A stretch of DNA of 64,000 nucleotides from contig CAWFFU010000003.1 in assembly GCA_963815215.1 (NCBI GenBank), positions 960,001 through 1,024,000 on the forward strand, written 5' to 3'. Below, in pieces: positions 19,077 through 27,847 of the stretch (its first letter is position 1; each line of letters begins with the position of its first letter). The stretch comes from an uncultured Trueperaceae bacterium (GTDB lineage: Bacteria > Deinococcota > Deinococci > Deinococcales > Trueperaceae). The notes under the pieces are model-generated. The model made no database searches, was not told the DNA's origin, and was given only the letters and a program-made list of their open reading frames with translations. The position numbers and the translations under genes are program-made.

Positions 19077-21254
19077 TCACTCCGCTGCGGCGGCGGCCGT
19101 CTCACGCTCCAACCGCTCGGCCTGCTCGGCCTGGATGGCCGTGAGGGCCACCGTGTAGATGATGTCGTCCACCAAGGCTCCCCGCGACAGGTCGTTCACA
19201 GGGCGGCGAAGGCCCTGCAGCATGGGGCCGATCGACACCACGTTGGCGCTGCGCTGAACCGCCTTGTAGGTCGCGTTGCCGGTGTTGAGGTCCGGGAAGA
19301 TCAGCACGGTCGCGCGGCCCGCCACCGGGCTGTCCGGCGCCTTGCTCCGACCCACGCTCTCCACCGTGGCCGCGTCGTACTGCAAGGGGCCGTCGAGCAC
19401 CAGCTCCGGACGGCGTTCCCGCGCGATGCGGGTGGCCTCGCGCACCTTCTCCACTTCGCTGCCGCCCCCGGAGGTGCCGGTGGAGTAGCTGATCATCGCC
19501 ACCCGCGGCGTGATGCCGAACGCCAGCGCCGACTCCGCCGACTGCACCGCGATATCGGCCAGCTCCTCGGCCGTGGGATCGGGGTTGACGGCGCAATCAC
19601 CGTAGATCAGCACCTGCTCCGGAAGGCACATGAAGAAGATCGACGACACCAGCTGTGCGTCCTCGCGCGTCTTGATGAGCTGCAATGCCGGCCGCACGGT
19701 ATTGGCGGTGGTGTGCAGGGCGCCGGACACCAGGCCGTCGACGTCGCCGCGGGCGAGCATCATGGTGCCGAGCACCACGTTGTCGCGCAACTGCTCGCGC
19801 GCCCCGTCGGCGGTCAGCCCCTTGTGTCGACGCAGCTCGACCATGCCCTCCACGTAGCGCTCACGAACGTCGTCGGTAGGCTTGAGGACCTCGATGCCCT
19901 CGCCCAGCTTGACCCCCTGCGCCTCGGCCACCCGTCGTACCTCGGCCGGATCCCCGATGAGCACGCAGTGCGCGATGCGGCGCTCGGCGCAGGCGGCGGC
20001 GGCCTTCACGGTTCGCGGCTCCTCCCCTTCGGGCAGCACGATGCGTTTCGACGCTCGCCGAGCGCCCTCCACCAGGCGGTACATGAAGGCCGGCGGCGAC
20101 AGCCGCGGCTCCCGGTCGGTGGCGATGCGCGCGCGCAGGCGCTCCGTGTCGAGGTAACTGGCCACGGTGTCCATCACACGCTCGATGCGCTCGACGTCGT
20201 CGATCGGCACCTCCAGATTCATGGCCGCGGCGCGCGCGGCCGTGACGTAGGAGTCGCTATCGGCCAGCAGCAGCGGCAGCCCGGTGGCCACCGCCTTCTC
20301 GCACAGCTTCATGATGTGCGCGTTGGGTCGGATCCCGCCGGTGAGCACCAGACCCGCCAGCGGCACGCCATTGAGCGCTGCCATGCAGGCCGCGAGGATG
20401 ATGTCGTCGCGATCGCCCGGCGTCACGAGCAGCGCATCGGGCCGCAACCGGTGGGTCATGTTGGCTACCGTCCGCGCTACCATCGACACGTCCACGACGC
20501 GGCGACCCGCGATGTCCCCGGCGACGAGCGGCTTGGCGTCGAGGTAGGCGGCGACGTCCATGGTGCGCGGCGAGACCATCGACTGGTGCCAGGGAATGGC
20601 GCCGTAGAGGTGGAACGACGCGTTGTTGAACACCGGGCAGGCCTCGACGATGCGCTCGGCCGTCAGCAGCTGGGCCGGCGGGCGAAGCTCGCTACGCGTG
20701 CTGGCCACGACCTCCTGCTGCGGAGCGTTGACCTTGTTGACGATGGCTCCCAGCACCTTGGGGCTGCGCACGCCGCCGTACTGCCCGGCCACCAGGTCGA
20801 GACGATCGTTGAACTCCTCGAGGTTGCTGCGCCCCGGCGCGCCCACCAGCAGGACCTCGGCGTCGAGCGCTTGCGTGATCTCGGCGTTGAGGGTGTCGAG
20901 GCCGGGCTGGTCGGCCGTCGCCACCAGGCCCTCGATGATCACCACGTCGGCGTCGCTGGCGCACCCCTGGTAGCGACCCACCACATCCTGGAGCAGCTCG
21001 GCGCGCTTGCTCGCGGTCAACAACGCCTCCGCCTCGCGGAACGGCATAGGTTCGGGCGGCTCCAGGGTGGTCGTGCGCCGCACGAAGTGGGTGGAGCGTT
21101 CCGGCCCCTCGTCGGAGCCGGGTTGCCGGATCGGTTTGAAGAAGCCGACCCGAAGCCCTTCCCGGTCGAGGGCGCGGACCAACCCCAGGCACACCGAGGT
21201 CAGCCCCACACCTGGGCCGGTGGGTACCACGAAGAAGGCGTGCGTTTGCGCCAT
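19077..21254 (-). CDS. pta: Phosphate acetyltransferase, long (BioD-like/DRTGG/PTA) form
   Basis: FFKPI, TPGDRDD, LPEGEEPR, DGPLQYDAA, PVNDLSRG. Confidence 0.95.
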   Translation of the reverse strand: MAQTHAFFVVPTGPGVGLTSVCLGLVRALDREGLRVGFFKPIRQPGSDEGPERSTHFVRRTTTLEPPEPMPFREAEALLTASKRAELLQDVVGRYQGCASDADVVIIEGLVATADQPGLDTLNAEITQALDAEVLLVGAPGRSNLEEFNDRLDLVAGQYGGVRSPKVLGAIVNKVNAPQQEVVASTRSELRPPAQLLTAERIVEACPVFNNASFHLYGAIPWHQSMVSPRTMDVAAYLDAKPLVAGDIAGRRVVDVSMVARTVANMTHRLRPDALLVTPGDRDDIILAACMAALNGVPLAGLVLTGGIRPNAHIMKLCEKAVATGLPLLLADSDSYVTAARAAAMNLEVPIDDVERIERVMDTVASYLDTERLRARIATDREPRLSPPAFMYRLVEGARRASKRIVLPEGEEPRTVKAAAACAERRIAHCVLIGDPAEVRRVAEAQGVKLGEGIEVLKPTDDVRERYVEGMVELRRHKGLTADGAREQLRDNVVLGTMMLARGDVDGLVSGALHTTANTVRPALQLIKTREDAQLVSSIFFMCLPEQVLIYGDCAVNPDPTAEELADIAVQSAESALAFGITPRVAMISYSTGTSGGGSEVEKVREATRIARERRPELVLDGPLQYDAATVESVGRSKAPDSPVAGRATVLIFPDLNTGNATYKAVQRSANVVSIGPMLQGLRRPVNDLSRGALVDDIIYTVALTAIQAEQAERLERETAAAAAE

Positions 21255-21495
21255 GCATCCTCGCTCGCGACGCCCAACGTGTGGGGCGACCGCGAACGCC
21301 TCCGCGACCACCTTACCCCGCGTGCTGCGGCCCCCAGGAGGGACGCCCGCCCCTCCCCGGCACGCGCGGCGGAGGGGGCGTATCGCACGCCCTCTCCGCC
21401 CGCACCACCCCTACACTGGGGCGTCGCGCCGCATCGGGTCGCCCCAGGGCGGTCCTGCACGGCGGCCGGCACCTTGGGAGCGAAGGGAGTTCGTC

Positions 21496-22047
21496 ATGAC
21501 CGATCCGAGCCATCACCAGGATCCTTCCGCGGGGGCCCCGTCGGACCCCGGCCCGCTCACGCCACAGTCCGAGCCGGCGGAGGGGACCGTCGCCGAACCG
21601 GTCGCGCCCGAAGCGCACAAGGCCGACCTGCTCAAGCGCTTCCTGGCCTTCCTCATCGACGGCGTGATCGCGGCCATCGTGAGCCGCATCCCATGGATCG
21701 GCGGTATCCTCGCCGCCCTCTACATCCTGCTGCGCGACGGCTTCGACTTCGAGTTCATGGACCATCGCTCGCTCGGCAAGCGCATCATGCGCCTCCGTCC
21801 GCTGTGCGACGACGGCTCGCCCGTCACGTTCGGCGTCTCGGCCGCGCGCAACTGGCCGCTGGTGGTCACCTCGCTGGCCGTCGTGCTGGTACTCATCCCC
21901 ATCCTGGGCTGGCTGCTGATCCCGCTGGCCTGGGTGGCCGGGCTCATCCTGCTGCTGGTGGAGGGCTTCCTGACGATCACCGACGAGCAGGGGCGCCGCT
22001 GGGGCGACAGGCTCGCCGGGACGCGGGTGGTGGAGACCGACAGCTGA
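21496..22047 (+). CDS. RDD-family membrane protein
   Basis: KRFLAFLID, SLGKRIMRL, RN, RRWGDRLAGTRVV; AAGGGAG RBS. Confidence 0.85.
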   Translation: MTDPSHHQDPSAGAPSDPGPLTPQSEPAEGTVAEPVAPEAHKADLLKRFLAFLIDGVIAAIVSRIPWIGGILAALYILLRDGFDFEFMDHRSLGKRIMRLRPLCDDGSPVTFGVSAARNWPLVVTSLAVVLVLIPILGWLLIPLAWVAGLILLLVEGFLTITDEQGRRWGDRLAGTRVVETDS

Positions 22048-22078
22048 CCATGAGCGCGCCGGCCTCGCCACGAGCCGG

Positions 22079-22516
22079 TCAGCTCGCGCTGCGTCGGCCG
22101 CGGCTGCGGGCGCGTACCTCGTCCTTCGTCACGATGCGCCGACGCATCGCCCAGGCGAAGGCGACCACCGCAGCCAGCGTTAGCGCGCCGGAGGTCACGA
22201 ACAGGTCATGAGGCAACCGCGCCTGGCTCGCGCGCCACCACGGTTCCGCCACCGCGCGCAGCACCAGCCCGGCGTTGAGCAGGTAGAAGCACGCCGCCTC
22301 CCAGCTCTCCTGACGGATCCCGCCGGGCCGGGGCATCATCCAGAACGCCACCCCCATCACCGTCGACAGGAAGAAGCCGACGAGACCCAGATGGGCGTGG
22401 GTCGGCCCGAACAGACCCACCAGGTCGGGACGCAGCGTGAACAGCACGCCGAGGGCCGCCGTGGCGAGCAGGTAGAGAACGGCGCCGCGCAGCAGAGCGA
22501 CCTGGTAGCGGCTCAC
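22079..22516 (-). CDS. Small 4-TM membrane protein resembling heme-copper oxidase subunit I fragments
   Basis: HAHLGLVGF and GVAFWMMPR motifs; GTG overlaps the upstream TGA. Confidence 0.65.
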   Translation of the reverse strand: MSRYQVALLRGAVLYLLATAALGVLFTLRPDLVGLFGPTHAHLGLVGFFLSTVMGVAFWMMPRPGGIRQESWEAACFYLLNAGLVLRAVAEPWWRASQARLPHDLFVTSGALTLAAVVAFAWAMRRRIVTKDEVRARSRGRRSAS

Positions 22517-23316
22517 AGGCCCGTCCACACGCCGACCAGGACCGCGGCCACCGTCGAGAGCCCGAACGCCATCTCCAGCATGCCGACGGACTTCGCGGCC
22601 AGCACGGGAGCCGACGGCCGCATGCCGGCGGCCGCCCGCGCCAGCAACACCGTGAACGCCCCCAGGGCGAGCCACGGCAGGGCATGCGCCACGCACGCCA
22701 CCGCCACCGCCACCCAGGCAGCCGCGTGGGCCGCGAGCACCGGCCCGTGGCGCACAGCCCCGCCACGCTGCAGCCGCAGCCGGGCCCTCACATACAGCAC
22801 CGAAGGAACGTTGCGGCCCGCGGCCACGAGCCACAACGCGAGAGCGAGGCCCCACGGCCCCCCGGCCGCCAGCACCACGGCCGAGGCGAGGGCACCCATG
22901 GCCAGCGCACCCGCGATCTCAGCGCGCGGGTCGCGCCCCCGGTTGCGGGCATCGAAGCCGAGCTGTACCAGCGCCATCGGCAGCACCAGCGCCAGCGGCA
23001 CCAGCGCAGCAGGCCGGGCGCCGAGGAGGAACGCCGCCACCCCCAGCAGCAGCGTGATCGCGCCGTAGCTCGTGGCCAGGCCTAGCGCCGGCAGGGTGCG
23101 CGGGAAGCGCCTGCCGCGACGCAGGTCGGCCAGCGCGAGCCCCAACGGGTGCTGCGCGAGCAGGGCACCCAGACCTGCGCCAACCAGGACCAGCCCGCCC
23201 GGGCTCGGCGCGGTGCCGAGCCCCAGCAGGGCCGGCTCCAGCAGGAAGGCCCAGGCACCGTGCTCGTTGGGGAGCGCCAGGGTGCGCCAGCGGACCTTGG
23301 TGCGGGTCACGGCCAC
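22513..23316 (-). CDS. YwiC-like membrane protein
   Basis: LPNEHGAW signature, VLYVRARL, KSVGMLE. Confidence 0.8.
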   Translation of the reverse strand: MAVTRTKVRWRTLALPNEHGAWAFLLEPALLGLGTAPSPGGLVLVGAGLGALLAQHPLGLALADLRRGRRFPRTLPALGLATSYGAITLLLGVAAFLLGARPAALVPLALVLPMALVQLGFDARNRGRDPRAEIAGALAMGALASAVVLAAGGPWGLALALWLVAAGRNVPSVLYVRARLRLQRGGAVRHGPVLAAHAAAWVAVAVACVAHALPWLALGAFTVLLARAAAGMRPSAPVLAAKSVGMLEMAFGLSTVAAVLVGVWTGL

Positions 23317-23326
23317 GGCTCGCGGC

Positions 23327-23674
23327 CTACGCCCTCCCGCCCGCCGGCAGCAGGGTGAGCACGAACTCGAGAGGCTCGAGCACGGTCACGCTGTGACGGA
23401 GTCCGGCCTCCATATGCAGGTGATCGCCGGGTCCGACCTCGACCGTGTCCGCCCCCAGGGTGAGGCGGGCACGGCCGCGCAGGAAATGCAGCAGTGCCGG
23501 CCGGCTGGAGGTGTGCTCGGTCAGCTCCTCGCCGGCCGCCATGCCGAACCAGGTGACCCGAACGCCGCCATCTCGGGCCAGCGTGCGGCTGAGGACACCG
23601 GCGTCCGGTAGCTCGCCGCCGGAAGCCCGCTCCAGGAGCTCGTACCCGATGGGTTCCGTCTCCTCCGCGCTCAT
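23327..23674 (-). CDS. Cupin-domain protein
   Basis: GEELTEH...G...HSV cupin motifs; ATGA overlap. Confidence 0.85.
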   Translation of the reverse strand: MSAEETEPIGYELLERASGGELPDAGVLSRTLARDGGVRVTWFGMAAGEELTEHTSSRPALLHFLRGRARLTLGADTVEVGPGDHLHMEAGLRHSVTVLEPLEFVLTLLPAGGRA

Positions 23675-23907
23675 GCCGTCCGGGCGATCCGCACCCGCCA
23701 CCGTTCGGGCCCCTGCTCCAGGTAGGTCCATTCCACGAGCCCGGGGCGCTCGGCCCGGAGCTGGTAGTACAGCGGCTTCGGGTCGTGGTCGTTGACCAGC
23801 TCGAAGGCCGCTCCGGGATCGAGCGCGTCCAGGGTCTCGAAGATCAGCGGGTGGCGCTCACGAGGCGCGATGGTACGCACGTCGAGCGTAGTCGTGGGGT
23901 TCGTCAT
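23671..23907 (-). CDS. DUF2249-domain protein
   Basis: LDVRTIAPRERHPLIF, LVNDHDPKPL, YLEQGPERW. Confidence 0.88.
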   Translation of the reverse strand: MTNPTTTLDVRTIAPRERHPLIFETLDALDPGAAFELVNDHDPKPLYYQLRAERPGLVEWTYLEQGPERWRVRIARTA

Positions 23908-24122
23908 GCGGGTCCTCTCCTTTCCAGTCCTTCCAACCAGCGGATGGCGCCGACCGGGCATTGGGCCATCGCCTCCAGGGTCCCCTGGGTGATGACGATG
24001 CGCTCCGGCCCTCGGAGCATCCCGGGCACGAGCCACTCGCATGCACCGCACTCGATGCAGACCTCGCGGTCGAGCATCATGGCGACGGGACGGCGTAGGC
24101 CGGGGAGCCGCGGGCTAGCCAT
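23904..24122 (-). CDS. Small mono-cluster ferredoxin
   Basis: CIECGAC plus distal CPVGAI. Confidence 0.75.
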   Translation of the reverse strand: MASPRLPGLRRPVAMMLDREVCIECGACEWLVPGMLRGPERIVITQGTLEAMAQCPVGAIRWLEGLERRGPA

Positions 24123-24195
24123 GTCGGCCCCCCGCCAGGCGCCGCACGCCCAGCACGGTGAACACGGTCTCGGTGAACACGGTCTCGGCCATCAC
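24115..24195 (-). CDS. Putative 26-aa leader peptide of the ferredoxin operon
   Basis: GTG-ATG-GCC... MMAETVFTETVFTVLGVRRLAGGRHG*; stop overlaps the ferredoxin start. Confidence 0.3.
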   Translation of the reverse strand: MMAETVFTETVFTVLGVRRLAGGRHG

Positions 24196-24231
24196 GACCG
24201 GCAGCATCACCCGCAGGCGCGCCCCGTCGCC

Positions 24232-24245
24232 ATGACCTGGGTCAA
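24232..24245 (-). promoter_or_regulatory. FNR/DNR-type box at class II activating position
   Basis: TTGAC-CCAG-GTCAT; centre about 42 nt upstream of the start predicted from GATGCT (24203-24208). Confidence 0.6.
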
Positions 24246-24340
24246 GGCTTCAACCCACGTCGAGCCGGAACCTGGCCGCCGTCCCCGCCACACGCTCGGC
24301 GAGTTCTGCCATCATCGCGGCTCAGGCCACCGCCTTCGCG

Positions 24341-25018
24341 TCACCGCCCCGCACGAGCGGCGAGGTCCCCGAGTGCGGGGCGGTCCAGCGACAGCACGGT
24401 GCGCCCCCGCAGCTCGAGCATGCCGCTCTGGTGCAGGCGCGACAGGTTGCGGCTCACGAGCTCCGGTACCGTGCCGAGCCGCCCAGCGATGGCCGCGTTG
24501 GTGTCGAGCGCGAAGGGGACGCCTCGCTCGGCGACCTCCAGCAGGTCGACGGCCAGGCGCTGGATGACCTCCTGGAAGGAGATCTGCTCGACCAGTCCCA
24601 CCAGCCGGCGCAACCGACGCCCCAGGGTCCGCACCAGATGCACGGCCAGACCGGGACGGCTGCGCAGCAGGCCCTGGAGCCCCTCCTGGTCGAGCCATAG
24701 CAACTCGCCGTCCTCCATCGCCTCGGCGCTCGCCGGGTAGGGGCCGCCGTCGAAGGCGACCAGCTCGGCCACGGCGCCGAACGGCCTCTCGATCGTCAGC
24801 ACGACCTCCCGTCCGCTGGTGGGGGACAGCACGAAGATCCGGACGCGACCGCGCACCACCAGCGGGAGTCCCCGCGCCCGCTCACCTGCCAGGAAGAGGA
24901 TCTCGCCGGCGGCGACGGGGCGCCGGACGCCGACCCCGGCGAGCGCGACCACGTCCTCGTCCGGGAGCTGCGCGAAGAGCGGACAACGCGCCACCACCTC
25001 GGCGTCGCTCAGCGTCAC
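24341..25018 (-). CDS. Crp/Fnr family transcriptional regulator
   Basis: cNMP-like domain (GREVVL, YPASA) and C-terminal HTH GTVPELVSRNL. Confidence 0.9.
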   Translation of the reverse strand: MTLSDAEVVARCPLFAQLPDEDVVALAGVGVRRPVAAGEILFLAGERARGLPLVVRGRVRIFVLSPTSGREVVLTIERPFGAVAELVAFDGGPYPASAEAMEDGELLWLDQEGLQGLLRSRPGLAVHLVRTLGRRLRRLVGLVEQISFQEVIQRLAVDLLEVAERGVPFALDTNAAIAGRLGTVPELVSRNLSRLHQSGMLELRGRTVLSLDRPALGDLAARAGR

Positions 25019-25048
25019 GTGGCCCGCCTCAGCGGACCTTTCGCGTGG

Positions 25049-26035
25049 TCACCAACGCCCGTGAACTTGCGCTCGGATGCGGGCGTCGTACACCTCCCGC
25101 ACATGCTGCATGGCCTCCGGTGTGAGGGCCGGGAGGTCGGAAGCCGCCGCGTTGTCGCCCGCCTGCTGGGGCCGACGGGCTCCGGGGATCACCACCGAAA
25201 CGGCCGGGTGCATGAGGATCCAGCGCAGCGCGAGCTGCGCCAGTGTCGACCCCTTCGGCACCAGCGCCTGCAGCTCCGTCGCCGCCGCCAGGCCGACCTC
25301 GAAATCCACGCCCGAGAAGGTCTCGCCTACGTCGAACGCCTCGCCGTGGCGGTTGAAGGCGCGGTGGTCGTCGGCCTCGAACGCACGCTCACGGGTCATC
25401 GCGCCCGACAGCAGGCCGCTCGCCAGCGGCACCCTCACGATGATCCCGACGTCGCGCGCTTTGGCGTGGGCGAAGAAGGCGTCCGCCGGCTTGAAGCGGA
25501 ACATGTTGTAGATGATCTGGATCGTCTCCACGCCTGCGTGTTCGAGCGCCAGCTCGGCCTCCTCGACGGTCTCGACACTCACCCCGTAGTGCCGCAGCAG
25601 GCCCTCGGACTTCATGCGCTCGAGCGCGTCGAAAGCGGTGTCGGCACGGTAGACGTCGGTGGGCGGACAGTGGAGCTGCAGCAGGTCGAGGCTCTCGACC
25701 CCGAGGTTGTCCAGGCTGCGCGCCACGAAACGTGCCAGATGCTCGTAGTCGTACCCCGACGCTACGTGCGGGTCGAGCCGTCGCCCGGCCTTGGTCGCCA
25801 CCACGACGTCTCCCTGTTCGCGCTCGGCGAACAACGATCGGATGAGGCGCTCGCTGCGCCCGTCGCCGTACACGTCGGCTGTGTCCAGGAAGGTCACGCC
25901 GGCGTCGAGCGCCGCCCGCAGCGTGGCCAGGGCGTCCGCTTCGGGGACGTCGCCCCAGCTCCCGCCGAGCGCCCAGGTGCCCAGCCCGACCTCCCCGACC
26001 TCGAGCGCCGTCTTCCCCAGCCGTCTGGTATGCAT
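25049..26035 (-). CDS. Aldo/keto reductase
   Basis: GLGTW, DTADVYG, TK, DLLQLH, PLASGLL, VIPGA. Confidence 0.93.
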   Translation of the reverse strand: MHTRRLGKTALEVGEVGLGTWALGGSWGDVPEADALATLRAALDAGVTFLDTADVYGDGRSERLIRSLFAEREQGDVVVATKAGRRLDPHVASGYDYEHLARFVARSLDNLGVESLDLLQLHCPPTDVYRADTAFDALERMKSEGLLRHYGVSVETVEEAELALEHAGVETIQIIYNMFRFKPADAFFAHAKARDVGIIVRVPLASGLLSGAMTRERAFEADDHRAFNRHGEAFDVGETFSGVDFEVGLAAATELQALVPKGSTLAQLALRWILMHPAVSVVIPGARRPQQAGDNAAASDLPALTPEAMQHVREVYDARIRAQVHGRW

Positions 26036-26107
26036 TCAGCTCACCCCTGTCTCCAGCCGACGCGCCTTCCGTGGGCGCCTCAGCCGTCAGTCTAGGACAC
26101 CGACGGA

Positions 26108-26136
26108 TTGACATCCGCGGCCCGGAGCGCTACGTT
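26108..26136 (+). promoter_or_regulatory. Sigma70 promoter of the thiamine cluster
   Basis: TTGACA-N17-TACGTT. Confidence 0.7.
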
Positions 26137-26144
26137 CGAGGGGT

Positions 26145-26216
26145 CACCAGGGGTGCCCCACGGGGCTGAGAAAGACCCTTGAACCTGATCCCGATCATGC
26201 GGGCGGAGGAAGCGTG
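26145..26216 (+). ncRNA. TPP riboswitch
   Basis: AGGGGTGC...GCTGAGA..ACCCTT.GAACCTGATC....ATGC...CGGAGGAAG consensus upstream of a thiB-like gene. Confidence 0.93.
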
Positions 26217-26281
26217 ACAGCGTTGAACTCCCGACAGCCCTGCTGCTCGACCCACCCGCTGGTGACCGAAGGGACCGCATC

Positions 26282-27358
26282 ATGAGAGTCGCGTTCCGTG
26301 TCTCGCTGCTGGCGGCGCTGACGACCCTGTTGACGCTTAACGGCGCCGCCCTGGCCGAGACGCTCACCGTGCTGACGCACAGCTCCTTCGCCGTGTCGAA
26401 GGACGTGATCCAGGCCTTCACGGAGCGGACGGGTATCCATGTCACCTTCGTGCAGGCAGGTGACGCCGGCGAAGTGGTCAATCGCGCCATCCTCACCAAG
26501 GAGCACCCGATCGCCGACGTTCTCTACGGTGTCGACAACAGCTTGCTGGTACGGGCCAGGACCGCCGGCATCTTCGAGCCCTACACCAGCCCCGCCTTCG
26601 ACACCGTGGAGCCGGCCTACCGCTTCGACCCCGATCATCTCGTTACCCCGATCGACGCCGCCTACGTCGACCTGAACGTCGCCAAGGCAGCCCTGAAGAA
26701 GGCGGGCGCGCCGGCCCCGGCCTCGCTCGAGGACCTCACCGGGCCCGCCTATAGGAACTTGCTGGCGGTCGAGAACCCGGCAACGTCGAGCCCGGGGCTC
26801 GCGTTCATGCTCACGACCATCGCGCGCTTCGGCGAGGGGCACGCCGGCGACTGGCTGGACTACTGGGCCAAGCTGCGCGACAACGGCGTGCTGGTCACCA
26901 ACGGCTGGGAGGAGGCCTACAACAGCGCCTTCAGCCCCTACGGCGGCGACCGACCCATCGTGGTGAGCTACACCACCAGTCCCCCTGCCGAGGTGATCTT
27001 CGCCAAGTCGACACCGACCATCAGCCCCACCGCCAACGTGACCTGCGACGGCTGCGCGTGGCTGCAGATCGAGGCGGCCGGCATCCTCAAGGGCACGAAG
27101 CATCTTCAGGCCGCGCGGCTGTTCATCGACTTCATGCTCTCCCGGCGCTTCCAGGAGGACATGCCGCTCACGATGTTCGTCTACCCGGTGATCCGCGGCG
27201 CTTCGGTGCCACCGGAGTTCCAGACCTACGGGCCGGTGCCGAGCGCCCGGCAGACGGCCAGCCTCAGCCCCGACGCCATCGCCGCAGGTGAGAAGCGTTG
27301 GATCCAGCAGTGGACCGAGGTGGTCCAGCAGGGTCGCGCGCCATCGGCGGTGCGCTGA
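26282..27358 (+). CDS. thiB: Thiamine ABC transporter substrate-binding protein
   Basis: Signal peptide, LTVLTHSSF, GDAG, NPATSSPG, VSYTTSP, QIE; TPP riboswitch upstream. Confidence 0.9.
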   Translation: MRVAFRVSLLAALTTLLTLNGAALAETLTVLTHSSFAVSKDVIQAFTERTGIHVTFVQAGDAGEVVNRAILTKEHPIADVLYGVDNSLLVRARTAGIFEPYTSPAFDTVEPAYRFDPDHLVTPIDAAYVDLNVAKAALKKAGAPAPASLEDLTGPAYRNLLAVENPATSSPGLAFMLTTIARFGEGHAGDWLDYWAKLRDNGVLVTNGWEEAYNSAFSPYGGDRPIVVSYTTSPPAEVIFAKSTPTISPTANVTCDGCAWLQIEAAGILKGTKHLQAARLFIDFMLSRRFQEDMPLTMFVYPVIRGASVPPEFQTYGPVPSARQTASLSPDAIAAGEKRWIQQWTEVVQQGRAPSAVR

Positions 27359-27412
27359 CGGTGGGCGCCGCCGGCAGGCTGCGGCGGGCGCCACCGGCGC
27401 CGTACCGCCACG

Positions 27413-27444
27413 GTTCGGGGGCGTCCGTGCGGACGCCCCCGAAC
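27413..27444. terminator. 15-bp perfect inverted repeat between thiB and the antisense small ORF
   Basis: gttcgggggcgtccg-tg-cggacgcccccgaac. Confidence 0.6.
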
Positions 27445-27474
27445 TCCCGTGTCAGACGGAACTCTGGCGACGGG

Positions 27475-27615
27475 TCAAGGAAGCTTGTAGGGATCGTTCG
27501 ATGTGCGCCTGGCCCAGCGCTCGAGTACCGCGCGTTCGTGTCGGATCGACCGAGCGACCGCGCGCGTAGGACGAGCCTTCGGGCGCAGGCGTATCTTTCT
27601 AAGCCAGCGGAGCAT
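27475..27615 (-). CDS. 46-aa Arg-rich small protein, antisense within the thi cluster
   Basis: GAGGAGG 6 nt before ATG; MLRWLRKIRLRPKARPTRAVARSIRHERAVLERWARRTSNDPYKLP; hairpin downstream. Confidence 0.55.
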   Translation of the reverse strand: MLRWLRKIRLRPKARPTRAVARSIRHERAVLERWARRTSNDPYKLP

Positions 27616-27847
27616 GGCCTGCCTCCTCGCATGCCTAACGCCCGATTCCCCGGGCGTCGGCTCCACGGGAGAGTTGTACCCGACCGGGGGCAGGCTTGTC
27701 TAGGGGCTCTGAACCATGGTGGTGCGGCACCCGTCCTGCACGCGTTCCGATGCCGGTCCGCGGGAGCGTTCCCGCACCTCCCCGCCGGTCCCAACACCCG
27801 CCGCGGACCGCCCACCCACCCCGGCGCGGGGCGCTAGACGGCCCGGT

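Noticed and set aside
19023..22211. 1062-aa + strand ORF
   Set aside because: Antisense shadow of pta; stop-poor because of high GC, with no recognisable domain
27400..27790. Possible tmRNA, RNase P or 6S RNA in the thiB-thiP gap
   Set aside because: No tRNA-like ends or tag frame and no GAGGAAAGUCC; better explained by a small antisense gene
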